DNA from: Candidatus Enterousia sp.
GTDB taxonomy: Bacteria; Pseudomonadota; Alphaproteobacteria; Rs-D84
Length of the DNA: 60,268 nucleotides
Direction of reading: 5' to 3'
Assembly: GCA_045593685.1 (NCBI GenBank)
Contig: JAZNXD010000021.1
Span: forward strand, 1 to 60,268
The notes beneath the pieces were generated by a model, which was not told where the DNA came from, made no database searches, and saw nothing but the letters and a program-made list of their open reading frames with translations. This document shows, one piece after another, positions 1 through 9,592 of this stretch. Positions within the stretch are counted from its first letter, which is position 1. Every line of letters starts with the position of its first letter. The position numbers and the translations under genes were made by a program.

Positions 1-816
1 CTGAGAGAACAAGGTTTCAATATCATACTTAGACAGGCCGATGTACTGAATCTGTTGGGCAACATCCTGAAGTGCTTCGGTCGCTTCTTTTAATGCAACC
101 TCGGTCTTTTCATAATTCTTGATATTTTTAGAACATGAACAGCGTCCCTGGTTATCATCCAGAACGTTACAGAAATTATCCATACATTCTGTGTACTGAG
201 CCTTGCAGAAAGAGGTCATTTCGGCCACAGAATCCATTGTGGACGTCAGGCTTGCCACGGTTTCAGCCGTCACAACCGGGGTCGATTCCGCAGAATTAGA
301 AACAGACACAACAGAATCACCACCAACCTTGGCCGATACGTTCGCAATACGGGCACGAACACGCGAACCAACCGCCGTCGCAACACGCGATGCGTTCAAC
401 GCATTTGCATCCGGTACCGCCGTACGACGCGTTGACACACCCGTACGAACCGCATCCGTCGTTGTGGCACGCGTTGGTGCAGCACCCGCCATGCGCGTTG
501 CCACACGTGGCGCAGACGAAACAGCAGATGGCGCAACCACGCCCGCACGCGACGATGCAACAACACGACCCGCGGCCGCATTACGATTGGACACAGAGGC
601 AGTAGCAGCGGTCGGCAGCGCACGCGAAATCGAACGCCCCGCAACAACATCGCCACGACGTGATGTACGCCCCGCAGATGTGGCAGAAACATTTTCCGCA
701 TCAACACCACCATCGTACCCACGGCTTGCAATCACTTCGTCACGATACACAAGCGCATTTTCCGCAAATGCAGGTAATGTCAACAATCCGCCAAGCAATG
801 CAAAAAAACGTTTCAT
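1..816 (-). CDS. Secreted protein, C-terminus cut by the window edge (signal peptide, basic low-complexity region, Cys-motif and coiled-coil-like region)
   Basis: Absent from the ORF track because it is open at position 1. Minus-strand ATG at 816-814 follows SD AAGGAAAGAGAG. Translation starts MKRFFALLGGLLTLPAFA/ENAL (Sec signal), then about 170 aa rich in R/A/S/T/V, then FCKAQYTECMDNFCNVLDDNQGRCSCS and KEATEALQDVAQQIQ. No stop down to nt 1. Confidence 0.6.
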   Translation of the reverse strand, partial: MKRFFALLGGLLTLPAFAENALVYRDEVIASRGYDGGVDAENVSATSAGRTSRRGDVVAGRSISRALPTAATASVSNRNAAAGRVVASSRAGVVAPSAVSSAPRVATRMAGAAPTRATTTDAVRTGVSTRRTAVPDANALNASRVATAVGSRVRARIANVSAKVGGDSVVSVSNSAESTPVVTAETVASLTSTMDSVAEMTSFCKAQYTECMDNFCNVLDDNQGRCSCSKNIKNYEKTEVALKEATEALQDVAQQIQYIGLSKYDIETLFSQ

Positions 817-945
817 AAAACTCTCTTTCCTTACTATTACAATAATTTTACATATTTAGCGGTCTTTAAACAAGCGAAAAATATTTAAAACAAGTAAATA
901 ACAAGAACTTTTTCCCAATTTATTAAAAAATATAATGAATTCTTG

Positions 946-975
946 TTGCACTTGTGCTATTGTTTGTTCTATAAT
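946..975 (+). promoter_or_regulatory. Putative sigma70 promoter of the PLD gene (TTGCAC-18 nt-TATAAT)
   Basis: TTGCAC at 946-951 and TATAAT at 970-975, followed by SD AAGGGGA at 988-994. Confidence 0.35.
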
Positions 976-1002
976 CGTCGCCAAAGCAAGGGGATTAAAA
1001 AA

Positions 1003-2592
1003 TTGTCGCTAATAAAAAAAGTTTCAATGTGGATTTTGACTTTGCCGTTAATCGGATGCACGACCGTGCCAACAACGACCAACGATGCCAGATTGGATAA
1101 CTATACCCCAAAAATTACATCGACCGATTTTGACTATGACCCATATAAAACCCCAATCGCACAATATTACGAACAGGAACTGAATCAGGGGAAAGAGATT
1201 TCGGGCGCAACATTAATTGAAGACGGGCTGTCCGCGTTTATTATTCGTTCGGCCTTTGCACGTATGGCGACCAAAACGATTGATTTGCAAACATATATTT
1301 ACAGTAACGATTTCACATCCAAGGTACTGATTGGGGAATTAAAGAACGCCGCAGACCGCGGGGTGAAAATTAGAATCCTGTTGGATGATTATGGTACAAA
1401 ATCTGATATCGTGGATGTAACCCTGTTAAACCAGCACCCCAACATCGAAGTTAAGGTTTTTAATACCGTCGCAAACCGTTCAAAATTGTTGTACTATCCG
1501 CAATTCTTGGTGGACTTTAACCGATTGAATTCACGTATGCACAACAAACTGTTTATCGTGGACAATGTGGCGTACATTACCGGCGGCCGCAACGTGGGCA
1601 GCAATTATTTCTATCCGGAAACCGCATCGAATTTTTCAGATACAGACGTATTATTTATTGGCGATATGACACGATATGCAACGGACAGTTTTAACGAATA
1701 CTGGAACCACCATTTGGCAATACCCGCATCCGTTTTCCCCAAGGCAAAGTCTAAGCGCGCAATGAAAAAATTGGAAAGAACGTTTGCAGACCTGGAACAA
1801 AAAAGCGCAGAGAATCTGCGAAAATATAACACGGTTATTTCCATGGCACAACGCGACTTTAAACAAAAGAAATTTGATTTCAGTTGGGGGCGCGGTAAAT
1901 TCTTGGCCGACCCACCGGAAAAAGTCGAAATGACAATGGATGAAAAAGAAAATTATCGCAGTGATATTATTCGTGCATTGCAACATCTGTGGGACAAAAC
2001 AACAAATTCTGTTTATATGTCGGCGGCGTACTTTGTGCCGGGCCAGGGTGGACTGGAACACATGTTACACGAAGAAAAATCGGGTGTACATATGACAATC
2101 GTTACGAATTCTTTGGCATCCACCAATGCACCGACCGTTTATGCGAAATGGGAAAAGTACCGCGAACAATTAATAAAATCGGGCGCAGATGTTTATGAAT
2201 TTATGGTGTCGGCGGAAAACCTGCGGGGCAAGGAACACGACCGCGAAAGAAAGCAATCCAGTTTTTCCGTACTGCACAGTAAAACAATGGTGTTTGACGA
2301 CAATATTTCATGGATAGGCAGTTTTAACCTGGATCCACGCAGCGCGTATTACAACACAGAAAATGTCGCAATCTTTGAAAGCCGCGACTTTGCAAACAAA
2401 CTGCGCGAAATGATATTAAAAGACACACAGACTTCTTGGCGTGTAACATTGGATGAAAACGACAATCCGATTTGGACCGGATCGCGTCCGGGTGATAAGA
2501 AGCCACGCGTACACAAACACGCCCCAGACACCAGCATTTTCCGTCGCGCATGGAAATGTATTAGTAACCTGGTGCCGGAAAAGTTTGTATAA
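1003..2592 (+). CDS. Phospholipase D / cardiolipin-synthase-family lipoprotein (two HKD motifs)
   Basis: HKD motifs HNKLFIVDN..GGRN and LHSKTMVFDD..GSFN. Lipobox LTLPLIGC. The track start 943 lies inside the predicted promoter, so TTG 1003 (in frame, with SD) or ATG 1027 is more likely. Confidence 0.85.
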   Translation: MSLIKKVSMWILTLPLIGCTTVPTTTNDARLDNYTPKITSTDFDYDPYKTPIAQYYEQELNQGKEISGATLIEDGLSAFIIRSAFARMATKTIDLQTYIYSNDFTSKVLIGELKNAADRGVKIRILLDDYGTKSDIVDVTLLNQHPNIEVKVFNTVANRSKLLYYPQFLVDFNRLNSRMHNKLFIVDNVAYITGGRNVGSNYFYPETASNFSDTDVLFIGDMTRYATDSFNEYWNHHLAIPASVFPKAKSKRAMKKLERTFADLEQKSAENLRKYNTVISMAQRDFKQKKFDFSWGRGKFLADPPEKVEMTMDEKENYRSDIIRALQHLWDKTTNSVYMSAAYFVPGQGGLEHMLHEEKSGVHMTIVTNSLASTNAPTVYAKWEKYREQLIKSGADVYEFMVSAENLRGKEHDRERKQSSFSVLHSKTMVFDDNISWIGSFNLDPRSAYYNTENVAIFESRDFANKLREMILKDTQTSWRVTLDENDNPIWTGSRPGDKKPRVHKHAPDTSIFRRAWKCISNLVPEKFV

Positions 2593-2616
2593 GCAGAATT
2601 GATTAACAGTAAAAAA

Positions 2617-2639
2617 TAACGGGGCGACGCCCCGTTATT
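2617..2639. terminator. Bidirectional intrinsic terminator between the PLD gene and proS
   Basis: AACGGGGC-GAC-GCCCCGTT hairpin flanked by an A-run and a T-run. Confidence 0.6.
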
Positions 2640-3919
2640 TATTTTCCTAATAACTTTAATATTGTGTCAACTGTTTCAGACATATATGTGTCCAAACCAA
2701 ATGTCGTTTTGTAATCAGTTGTATCAGCATCGTTTACGCGATATTTTACCTCTAATACATTATTCGCCAGATTTTTAGCAGACACTATTATGCGGATTGG
2801 CGCGGCGATTAAATCTGCATCTGCAAATTTTTCACCTGCACGCGCGTCACGATTGTCTAATAAAACCTCGATACCTGCCTTTTTTAGATTTTCATAAATT
2901 TCTTCGGCCAATGGCAATGTTTTTCCGTCCTTGTCGGGCAGGCCAATTACCTCGACTGCGAATGGCGCAGTTGCCATGTTCCAAATTGGCCCTTTGTCGT
3001 CCGCGCTTTCTTCCATAATTGCAGCCATTGTGCGCCCAACACCAATACCATAGCAACCCATTATTGGATTCTTGGTTTCGCCGTCTGATGCAGCATATGT
3101 CAAATTCATCGATTCCGAATACTTCTTGCCTAATTGGAAAATATTACCAATTTCAATTCCGCGCACACGGCGCATTTTCTTGCCACATTTTGGGCACGCC
3201 TCAGTTTCATCGTCAATCAGTTCTTTGTTCGTATTAAAACCACACTCACACAAGAACAGTGTATCTTCACCCATATCATTTATCAATTGGAATTCGTGCG
3301 CGATACTGCCACCCATATCACCAGTTGACGACATTACACTGACCACATTTTTTAAGCCACAACGCGCAAAAACACGTTCGTACGCATGCAAGCAACGTTC
3401 ATAATACTGTTCCAAATCCGACTGCGTTTCATGAAAGGAATATGCATCCTTCATAATAAATTCGCGTGTTCGAATCAAGCCGGCACGTGCGCGCAATTCA
3501 TCACGAAACTTGGTCTGAATTTGATATACCATAAATGGCATTTGACGATACGTTTCCAAGACAGACTTAACATAATCAACAACAACTTCTTCGTGTGTTG
3601 GATTTAATACATAGTCTGTACCAGAACGACCTTTGAACTTTGCCAAAACGTCAACCGTATCATAACGACCGCTTTCGCGCCAAATATCTGCACCCGAAAC
3701 AACAGGCATTAAAATTTCTTGGCCATCAATACCGTCCATTTCTTGGCGAATGATGTTTTCAATATTTCTAACAACACGCCAACCCAATGGAGATAAGGTG
3801 TAGCCACCTTGGAATGTTTGGTATATATACCCACCCTTAATCGCCATTTTATGACCATGCGTTGTCGCACCAGCAACGTCGCCAATCAGACGACGAACAC
3901 ATAAATTTTCAATTTTCAT
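2639..3919 (-). CDS. proS: Prolyl-tRNA synthetase, short form without the INS editing domain
   Basis: Class II aaRS motifs (REFIMKDAYSF, GCYGIGVGR), a CxxC...CPKCG zinc ribbon and a C-terminal anticodon-binding region. 426 aa. Confidence 0.9.
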   Translation of the reverse strand: MKIENLCVRRLIGDVAGATTHGHKMAIKGGYIYQTFQGGYTLSPLGWRVVRNIENIIRQEMDGIDGQEILMPVVSGADIWRESGRYDTVDVLAKFKGRSGTDYVLNPTHEEVVVDYVKSVLETYRQMPFMVYQIQTKFRDELRARAGLIRTREFIMKDAYSFHETQSDLEQYYERCLHAYERVFARCGLKNVVSVMSSTGDMGGSIAHEFQLINDMGEDTLFLCECGFNTNKELIDDETEACPKCGKKMRRVRGIEIGNIFQLGKKYSESMNLTYAASDGETKNPIMGCYGIGVGRTMAAIMEESADDKGPIWNMATAPFAVEVIGLPDKDGKTLPLAEEIYENLKKAGIEVLLDNRDARAGEKFADADLIAAPIRIIVSAKNLANNVLEVKYRVNDADTTDYKTTFGLDTYMSETVDTILKLLGK

Positions 3920-3948
3920 TTTCTGAATCTCTTTTATTTTTATCGTTA

Positions 3949-4770
3949 TTATTTTTTATCTTTTAATTCCATATATTTTTCCGACACTTGTTTTTGCAGC
4001 ACGTCGGCAATCTGCTTTCTGTCCAACCCCGTCAGGGGTGGCGGTGGCAGCAGTGTAATTTCAACCATAAATCCACCCAGCATCATGATGTGAAATACCT
4101 GGCCAAAGGCACTGCGTTCGCGTTTGCAATGCGGCCCCATATCCATCTTTTTGTTATCAAAATACGCAAAGTGATCGGCCAGGGTCTGTTCATCAATGAC
4201 AGAACCGTCTTTATATCGATAATGCATTGCCATTGGCTGAACCGTAACGTTGGAATTTTCAACAAAATTAAACAGCGTACTTTTAAAAGGTTTTACATAT
4301 GCGCCGTTTGTGGTTGTGCCTTCGGGAAATAAAATCATTGGATATTTAACGGTTTGAACCGCCTTTTGCACCACCGCCAAGGCATCGCGTGCATGCGACG
4401 GACGACGATCAACAAATATTACACCAAATTTACGCGCCACCCATCCGACCAATGGCCAATTTTCCATTTCTTTTTTGGCAATAAAACTGCCACGAAAGAC
4501 GGACGGAAATGTCGCGATTTCAAACACAGATATGTGATTAGCAACAATCATTAATGGGCGCGCATCCGATAATTTACCATGCACAACAACGCGAACACCC
4601 GACAATTTTACCAAAATCCACATGAATACACGCATATAGCGTACAGACAAATCACCACGTGGCAGAATTAACAATATCGGCAACTGGATAACAACCATTA
4701 TCCAAAATAACATAAATTTAATTGCCGCAGTTGTTGTATTAAATATATTTTGTTTGCGTAATTTTGCCAT
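3949..4770 (-). CDS. olsA: Lysophospholipid / lyso-ornithine-lipid O-acyltransferase (PlsC family)
   Basis: Acyltransferase motifs NHISVFE (HX4D/E) and FPEGTTT, plus an N-terminal TM helix. Lies 4 nt downstream of an OlsB-like gene. Confidence 0.7.
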   Translation of the reverse strand: MAKLRKQNIFNTTTAAIKFMLFWIMVVIQLPILLILPRGDLSVRYMRVFMWILVKLSGVRVVVHGKLSDARPLMIVANHISVFEIATFPSVFRGSFIAKKEMENWPLVGWVARKFGVIFVDRRPSHARDALAVVQKAVQTVKYPMILFPEGTTTNGAYVKPFKSTLFNFVENSNVTVQPMAMHYRYKDGSVIDEQTLADHFAYFDNKKMDMGPHCKRERSAFGQVFHIMMLGGFMVEITLLPPPPLTGLDRKQIADVLQKQVSEKYMELKDKK

Positions 4771-4774
4771 TTTG

Positions 4775-5737
4775 TTACTGTTCTTCGCTGTCTGATTTTT
4801 CGTTATCTTCGACGTATTCTACATCATCTGCGTCTTCGTGCAACAAAAATTCCACAAAAGCGCGCACCACACGAAACGGCCCAACAACCGGAAAGGTCAT
4901 TATCTTGCCAACTGTCTTGATAATCTTTTCCTTGTCCGTTTCGGGCGCACCAAGTGCGTTTTCGCGTCCCAAGAAATGCTTTTGATATGCGGCATTCATT
5001 TTACGCGTTTCAACCATTACAAACACGTCATATGAATTAAACGGCACATCCACAAACACACCACGTCCAAACGTTGCCCCCAGGCGTAAGTACCCCTTAA
5101 TCAACGGGGTCATTTCGGCACGCGCATCGGCAGCATCAACGAATTCGCGCGGTAAAATATTCATACGTGCCAGTTTAGGGTTCACGCCATCCGCAAATTT
5201 TTCCGGCAACACGGTTGCACGCAGGCGTGATGGCGACAGGTGATTGTAATACAGATATGATATGGCCTGGGCCGAACGTGCAGGTTTGGTCCCAACAAAG
5301 GACGCAACACCAAATAACACGCCTATTTTACGGCGAAGAATCAATTCACCCAGCCCCGCCCATAACATACGCATAACAAGTGCATTTTCACGATACGCCG
5401 GATCAACACACGCGCGTGACATTTCGGCAATGTTGCCACGATATTTCTTTATCTTGGATATATTAAATTCGTTTTCGGTGTAAAAGCCGTCCATCTTTTC
5501 CGCCGCACGACGGTCAATAATACGATACGTTCCAACAACACGACCATTATGAAAAACCGCCATATATTCCGCAAAACGATCATAGGCATCGTATTCTTCG
5601 CCCAATGCACGCTGTTCTTCGGTGGCACCGGCCCCCTCTTCCAGACAAAAAACATTGTAACGCAGTTGACGAACCTGTTTGCGTTCTTCCTTGGTACGGG
5701 TCAGGCGAACTTCGAAATCGCGTATTTTGATAGCCAT
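4775..5737 (-). CDS. olsB: GNAT-type N-acyltransferase, OlsB-like (ornithine or amino-lipid synthesis)
   Basis: LRYNVFCLEEGA...YDAYDRF...VVGTYRII...FYTENEF matches the OlsB/hemolysin-like acyltransferase pattern. ATG 5737 has SD AAAGGA; the track ORF extends to 5797. Acidic C-terminal tail. Confidence 0.7.
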   Translation of the reverse strand: MAIKIRDFEVRLTRTKEERKQVRQLRYNVFCLEEGAGATEEQRALGEEYDAYDRFAEYMAVFHNGRVVGTYRIIDRRAAEKMDGFYTENEFNISKIKKYRGNIAEMSRACVDPAYRENALVMRMLWAGLGELILRRKIGVLFGVASFVGTKPARSAQAISYLYYNHLSPSRLRATVLPEKFADGVNPKLARMNILPREFVDAADARAEMTPLIKGYLRLGATFGRGVFVDVPFNSYDVFVMVETRKMNAAYQKHFLGRENALGAPETDKEKIIKTVGKIMTFPVVGPFRVVRAFVEFLLHEDADDVEYVEDNEKSDSEEQ

Positions 5738-5843
5738 TAATACATCCTTTGTAAACTTTATATGTCCAAGAATACCAAACAAACGCCCATTATTCAATCG
5801 TTTTATTTGTGTTGGACAGGATGCGCGTTATGCGTAAATATAA

Positions 5844-6902
5844 CTAATGCAGTTGATCGGCCAAATCGGCAATCGCAATGGCATACCAATTAGAATTATT
5901 CCACTTTTTTATGCGATAAAAATTTGGATAGGTCAGATATGCGGTTATAACCGGCATTGGCGCAACATCTGTATCCATTGCAACAGATGCATCAGGTGCG
6001 TCCTGTGTGGCGGTTATGGCCGCGACATCAGCGACCAGTCCCGCGACCATATCATTTTGCGGGATTGGTGTTCCATCGGGATTGGTTACACCCATGGACG
6101 CCCATTGTGGTAATGATAATTTTGTCTTGCCATCCAACAGCGATAAATCGAAATCCGCCGGCAGAACAACACGACGAACAATACGCTGATTCTTGTCCCA
6201 GCCCAAACGATTCAAATAGTTGCCCGCACTGAACATTGCGTCACTGACATTATTTATTATGTCAATGCGACCATCGCCATTTCCATCCGCGCCATATTGG
6301 GCCAATGTTGTTGGAATAAACTGAAAATGTCCCATGGCGCCCGCCCAGGAACCGCGGATATCATTGATTTGCAATTTATTCTTGTCCGCAATTTTCATCA
6401 AAGCAATCAGTTGATTGGTAAAAAATGTTTCACGACGACCATCATACATTAGCGTAAAGAAGGCATCGGTTAATTTATGCCGCGACTTTACCACACCATA
6501 ATTTGATTCCATACCCCAAAACGCCAACAAAACATGTGGTGGCACCCCAAATTGCGCATCGACACGCGACAGCAACGTTGGATATGTCATCCGCATTTTT
6601 TGACCGTTTGCAATCCGTGTCGGATTTACGGTACGTGACAAATACCCATCCAGGGTCAATTTAAATTCGGCCTGATTTTTATCACTTTTTACAATAGACG
6701 GAATAAAGGCCGGGGAACGCAACGTGTCATCTATGGTATCGGACGATATGTTTTCCGATGCCGCGCGTGCGCGCACCGAATCCAACATTTCGTACCAGCG
6801 ATCTACATTAAATTCCCCACGTGTTGCATGTGCCGAAAACGACACCAATGCCACACATGCGACCATACACGCAATACCACAAATCCGCATAACCGCCCCC
6901 AA
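5844..6902 (-). CDS. mltB: Lytic murein transglycosylase (MltB/SLT_2 family)
   Basis: Signal peptide, catalytic GMESNYG motif, GAMGHFQFIPTT, and a C-terminal YNxSxxYAxAIxxLA pattern. Confidence 0.85.
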   Translation of the reverse strand: MGAVMRICGIACMVACVALVSFSAHATRGEFNVDRWYEMLDSVRARAASENISSDTIDDTLRSPAFIPSIVKSDKNQAEFKLTLDGYLSRTVNPTRIANGQKMRMTYPTLLSRVDAQFGVPPHVLLAFWGMESNYGVVKSRHKLTDAFFTLMYDGRRETFFTNQLIALMKIADKNKLQINDIRGSWAGAMGHFQFIPTTLAQYGADGNGDGRIDIINNVSDAMFSAGNYLNRLGWDKNQRIVRRVVLPADFDLSLLDGKTKLSLPQWASMGVTNPDGTPIPQNDMVAGLVADVAAITATQDAPDASVAMDTDVAPMPVITAYLTYPNFYRIKKWNNSNWYAIAIADLADQLH

Positions 6903-6911
6903 ATTTAATAA

Positions 6912-8426
6912 TTAAAATGCATACTTGACGCCCAAATGCAATCCAAAAGACTGCCACGTGGCACGTTTCAAGGAATCCGAAACCTGTTCAGTATAGGCAG
7001 GAACCGTTTCCAACAAAGGAATATAAAATATACTGCCGTCGTCACCGACAATTTCCTGCATCACATATTGACCGTTTTCATCAATTACGTATTGGCTGTA
7101 TTCTGCGACATACAATTCACCGCCAATATTGCCAACATGGAACAAGTTCGTATCAACCTTTAACGACAATTTTACACGATCGGATAATTTGTAATTGTAT
7201 TCCAATTCCGCCGCGTATGAATAGGCACCATTGCTGCCTTCGTCCAGGAAACTGGGGTTCTGTTGCCAATCGGTGCGATTGGGCCAAATACCTTCTGAGG
7301 AATATTTAGGCAGTCCAAATTGAAAATACATACGCAGATTATCCTTTAACGTCATCTGCTTTTCAATTTCAAGTCCGACATAAAATCCAGACCAGGTTGT
7401 GTTATAGATATGCGTTGTACCTTCGACAATAACGGGACCATCACCACCAATTATAACACATTCGCCCGCAGATACACCCCATGGAACAGTACCCATTGAA
7501 ATTTCATAATCGCCGGTATATAACGTATCCCCCAGCGCACCAAAACCATCGTAATAACCCGAAACCGAGTTTGTTACAACCTTGATATCTTCGGGCGACA
7601 TACAAACCTGGTAAAAATTGTCCGGCACAGCAACGCCAACGGGTGCAGAATAATAATTACCCAAATCATCACCGTAGACATATTCGCCCTTGTCCGTCAT
7701 CAGCGGCAGGTAAACGCCAGGATTCGGATAGTAATGATTGGACATTTCCAGGTTGTGTTTAAATATTTCATAACCAAACGATGGCGACAACTTCCACCCG
7801 CCAATATCCCAGACATGATGCGCGGATATCCCAAAACGAAAATAATTACTGCGCCCCGTTTGATCCCCCATAGAAATTGTAAAGATTCCATAGCCCTGGT
7901 CCGCTTCGTCAAACGGTTTCAGGTCATAGTCCATGGACAGACCGCCATGCGACATATCACCGTACGCATATTCACCAAACACAGATAAATCAAAGTCGCG
8001 CAAACTAAAATTATGACGGGCACCAACACGGATTTCGTTCCAAATCATATCGTCCCATTCCAAAATGGAATTTACACCCGTTTCAAATTCAAAATCCGCA
8101 AAACGACGTGAATATCCCGCGTAAATCGATGTGGCCGGTTCGGATTCGGCGGGCAACGCAATACCATTTGGTGTCATGGTGCCCATTGTTGTCGGAACCG
8201 TTGGACGCGGAACCTGGTACGAATATGTTTGGGAATTTAAAACCTGTTTTGATCCAGATTGGCCAACATATTTTGTGTATCCACGCGCCGCATAGCGATT
8301 ATAGGCCGCCTGGTTCGCGGTGGGCGTGGCCTGACTTTGATAATACGCAGGCACCCCTTCGTTTGCGGCAAACACCGCCAAGGGCGCAAAAAGAGCCGAT
8401 AAAAATGAAATAGTCCTGACCTTCAT
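6912..8426 (-). CDS. Outer-membrane beta-barrel protein of unassigned family
   Basis: Signal peptide MKVRTISFLSALFAPLAVFA. Alternating aromatic/Gly-rich strands. C-terminal HLGVKYAF ends in the OMP signature Phe. Confidence 0.65.
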   Translation of the reverse strand: MKVRTISFLSALFAPLAVFAANEGVPAYYQSQATPTANQAAYNRYAARGYTKYVGQSGSKQVLNSQTYSYQVPRPTVPTTMGTMTPNGIALPAESEPATSIYAGYSRRFADFEFETGVNSILEWDDMIWNEIRVGARHNFSLRDFDLSVFGEYAYGDMSHGGLSMDYDLKPFDEADQGYGIFTISMGDQTGRSNYFRFGISAHHVWDIGGWKLSPSFGYEIFKHNLEMSNHYYPNPGVYLPLMTDKGEYVYGDDLGNYYSAPVGVAVPDNFYQVCMSPEDIKVVTNSVSGYYDGFGALGDTLYTGDYEISMGTVPWGVSAGECVIIGGDGPVIVEGTTHIYNTTWSGFYVGLEIEKQMTLKDNLRMYFQFGLPKYSSEGIWPNRTDWQQNPSFLDEGSNGAYSYAAELEYNYKLSDRVKLSLKVDTNLFHVGNIGGELYVAEYSQYVIDENGQYVMQEIVGDDGSIFYIPLLETVPAYTEQVSDSLKRATWQSFGLHLGVKYAF

Positions 8427-8490
8427 CGTACTAACGTCGGGTTTATTATATCATAAAAATAAAAGACATAAAAGTGTTTTCATTTATCCC

Positions 8491-8518
8491 TTGCACACAA
8501 AAATTTGGGCGCTAGAAT
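8491..8518 (+). promoter_or_regulatory. Putative sigma70 promoter of hemW (TTGCAC-16 nt-TAGAAT)
   Basis: TTGCAC at 8491-8496 and TAGAAT at 8513-8518, just upstream of ATG 8528. Confidence 0.3.
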
Positions 8519-8527
8519 ACAACAACA

Positions 8528-9586
8528 ATGAAAAACATCGCACACAATATCTATATTCACGTTCCCTTTTGTATGTCCAAGTGCAATTATTGCGCCTTTT
8601 TTTCACGGGCGTGCGAAAACCCAGACTGGGATCAATACACATGTGGTATTTGCAATGAAATAAAATACTGGGCCGAAAAACTGGGCAGGATTGATATCCC
8701 AACAATCTTTTTGGGTGGTGGCACACCATCGCTGATGCCGGTGGCGACAATGGAAAAAATCCTGGGGGAAATACGAAATAATTTTAATATTCCCGATGGC
8801 GCAGAAATCACCATGGAATCCAATCCCGGTACATTGGACACGGGCAAGTTGCGCGATTTTAAAAACGCCGGAATAAACCGATTGTCGGTTGGGGTGCAAA
8901 GCCTGGATGATAAAAAACTGCAATTCCTGGGGCGGCGACACAGTGCAAGCGATGCACGGGCACTGATTAATGCGGGGCACGATATGGGACTGCGCGTATC
9001 GGCGGATTTTATATACGGTCTGCCCGGGGATACGGAACAAGCCGTCGCGGAAATGTGCAACCAAATAAACAACATCGGATTAAAACACGTTTCCATGTAC
9101 GAATTAACCATTGAAAAAAACACGCCTTTTGGGCGCATGAATTTGAACATGCCATGTAACGAAGAAATGGCAAAAATGTACATGGCGATACAAAGCAATT
9201 TGAAGTTGGGGCGCTATGAAGTATCCAACTATTGCGCCGGGGGTGAACATTGCCGACACAATCAAAACATTTGGGATGGAGATGCATATATCGGCATTGG
9301 GCGCGGCGCGGCGGGACGCGTATTTATTGACAACAAATGGTTTGAGCAAATGGGGGACGGCGAACATTTTTCAGAAATATCGTCCGAAACACGTGCAACA
9401 GAAATGATAATTACCGGCATGCGAACGACCCGGGGATGTCGGTTGACAGAAATAATAAAAAACGTTATTGATATAGACTGGGTGCAAACACATCCGGAAC
9501 TAGTCAAAACAGAAGACGACCGAATTCGTGCGACCGATATGGGGATGCTGATTTTGGATGAATTATTGGTAAACATAATACGGTAA
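8528..9586 (+). CDS. hemW: Radical SAM heme chaperone HemW (HemN-like)
   Basis: CMSKCNYCAF (CxxxCxxC) cluster motif, GGGTPS, and a HemN-family layout. Confidence 0.8.
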   Translation: MKNIAHNIYIHVPFCMSKCNYCAFFSRACENPDWDQYTCGICNEIKYWAEKLGRIDIPTIFLGGGTPSLMPVATMEKILGEIRNNFNIPDGAEITMESNPGTLDTGKLRDFKNAGINRLSVGVQSLDDKKLQFLGRRHSASDARALINAGHDMGLRVSADFIYGLPGDTEQAVAEMCNQINNIGLKHVSMYELTIEKNTPFGRMNLNMPCNEEMAKMYMAIQSNLKLGRYEVSNYCAGGEHCRHNQNIWDGDAYIGIGRGAAGRVFIDNKWFEQMGDGEHFSEISSETRATEMIITGMRTTRGCRLTEIIKNVIDIDWVQTHPELVKTEDDRIRATDMGMLILDELLVNIIR

Positions 9587-9592
9587 AGGAAA

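Noticed and set aside
203-859. 218-aa plus-strand ORF (with nested ORFs 390-605 and 396-731)
   Set aside because: It is an antisense shadow of the minus-strand secreted-protein gene (1-816). It has no SD or signal features and an odd T/A/R-rich composition, whereas the minus frame has an SD, a signal peptide and an uninterrupted frame.
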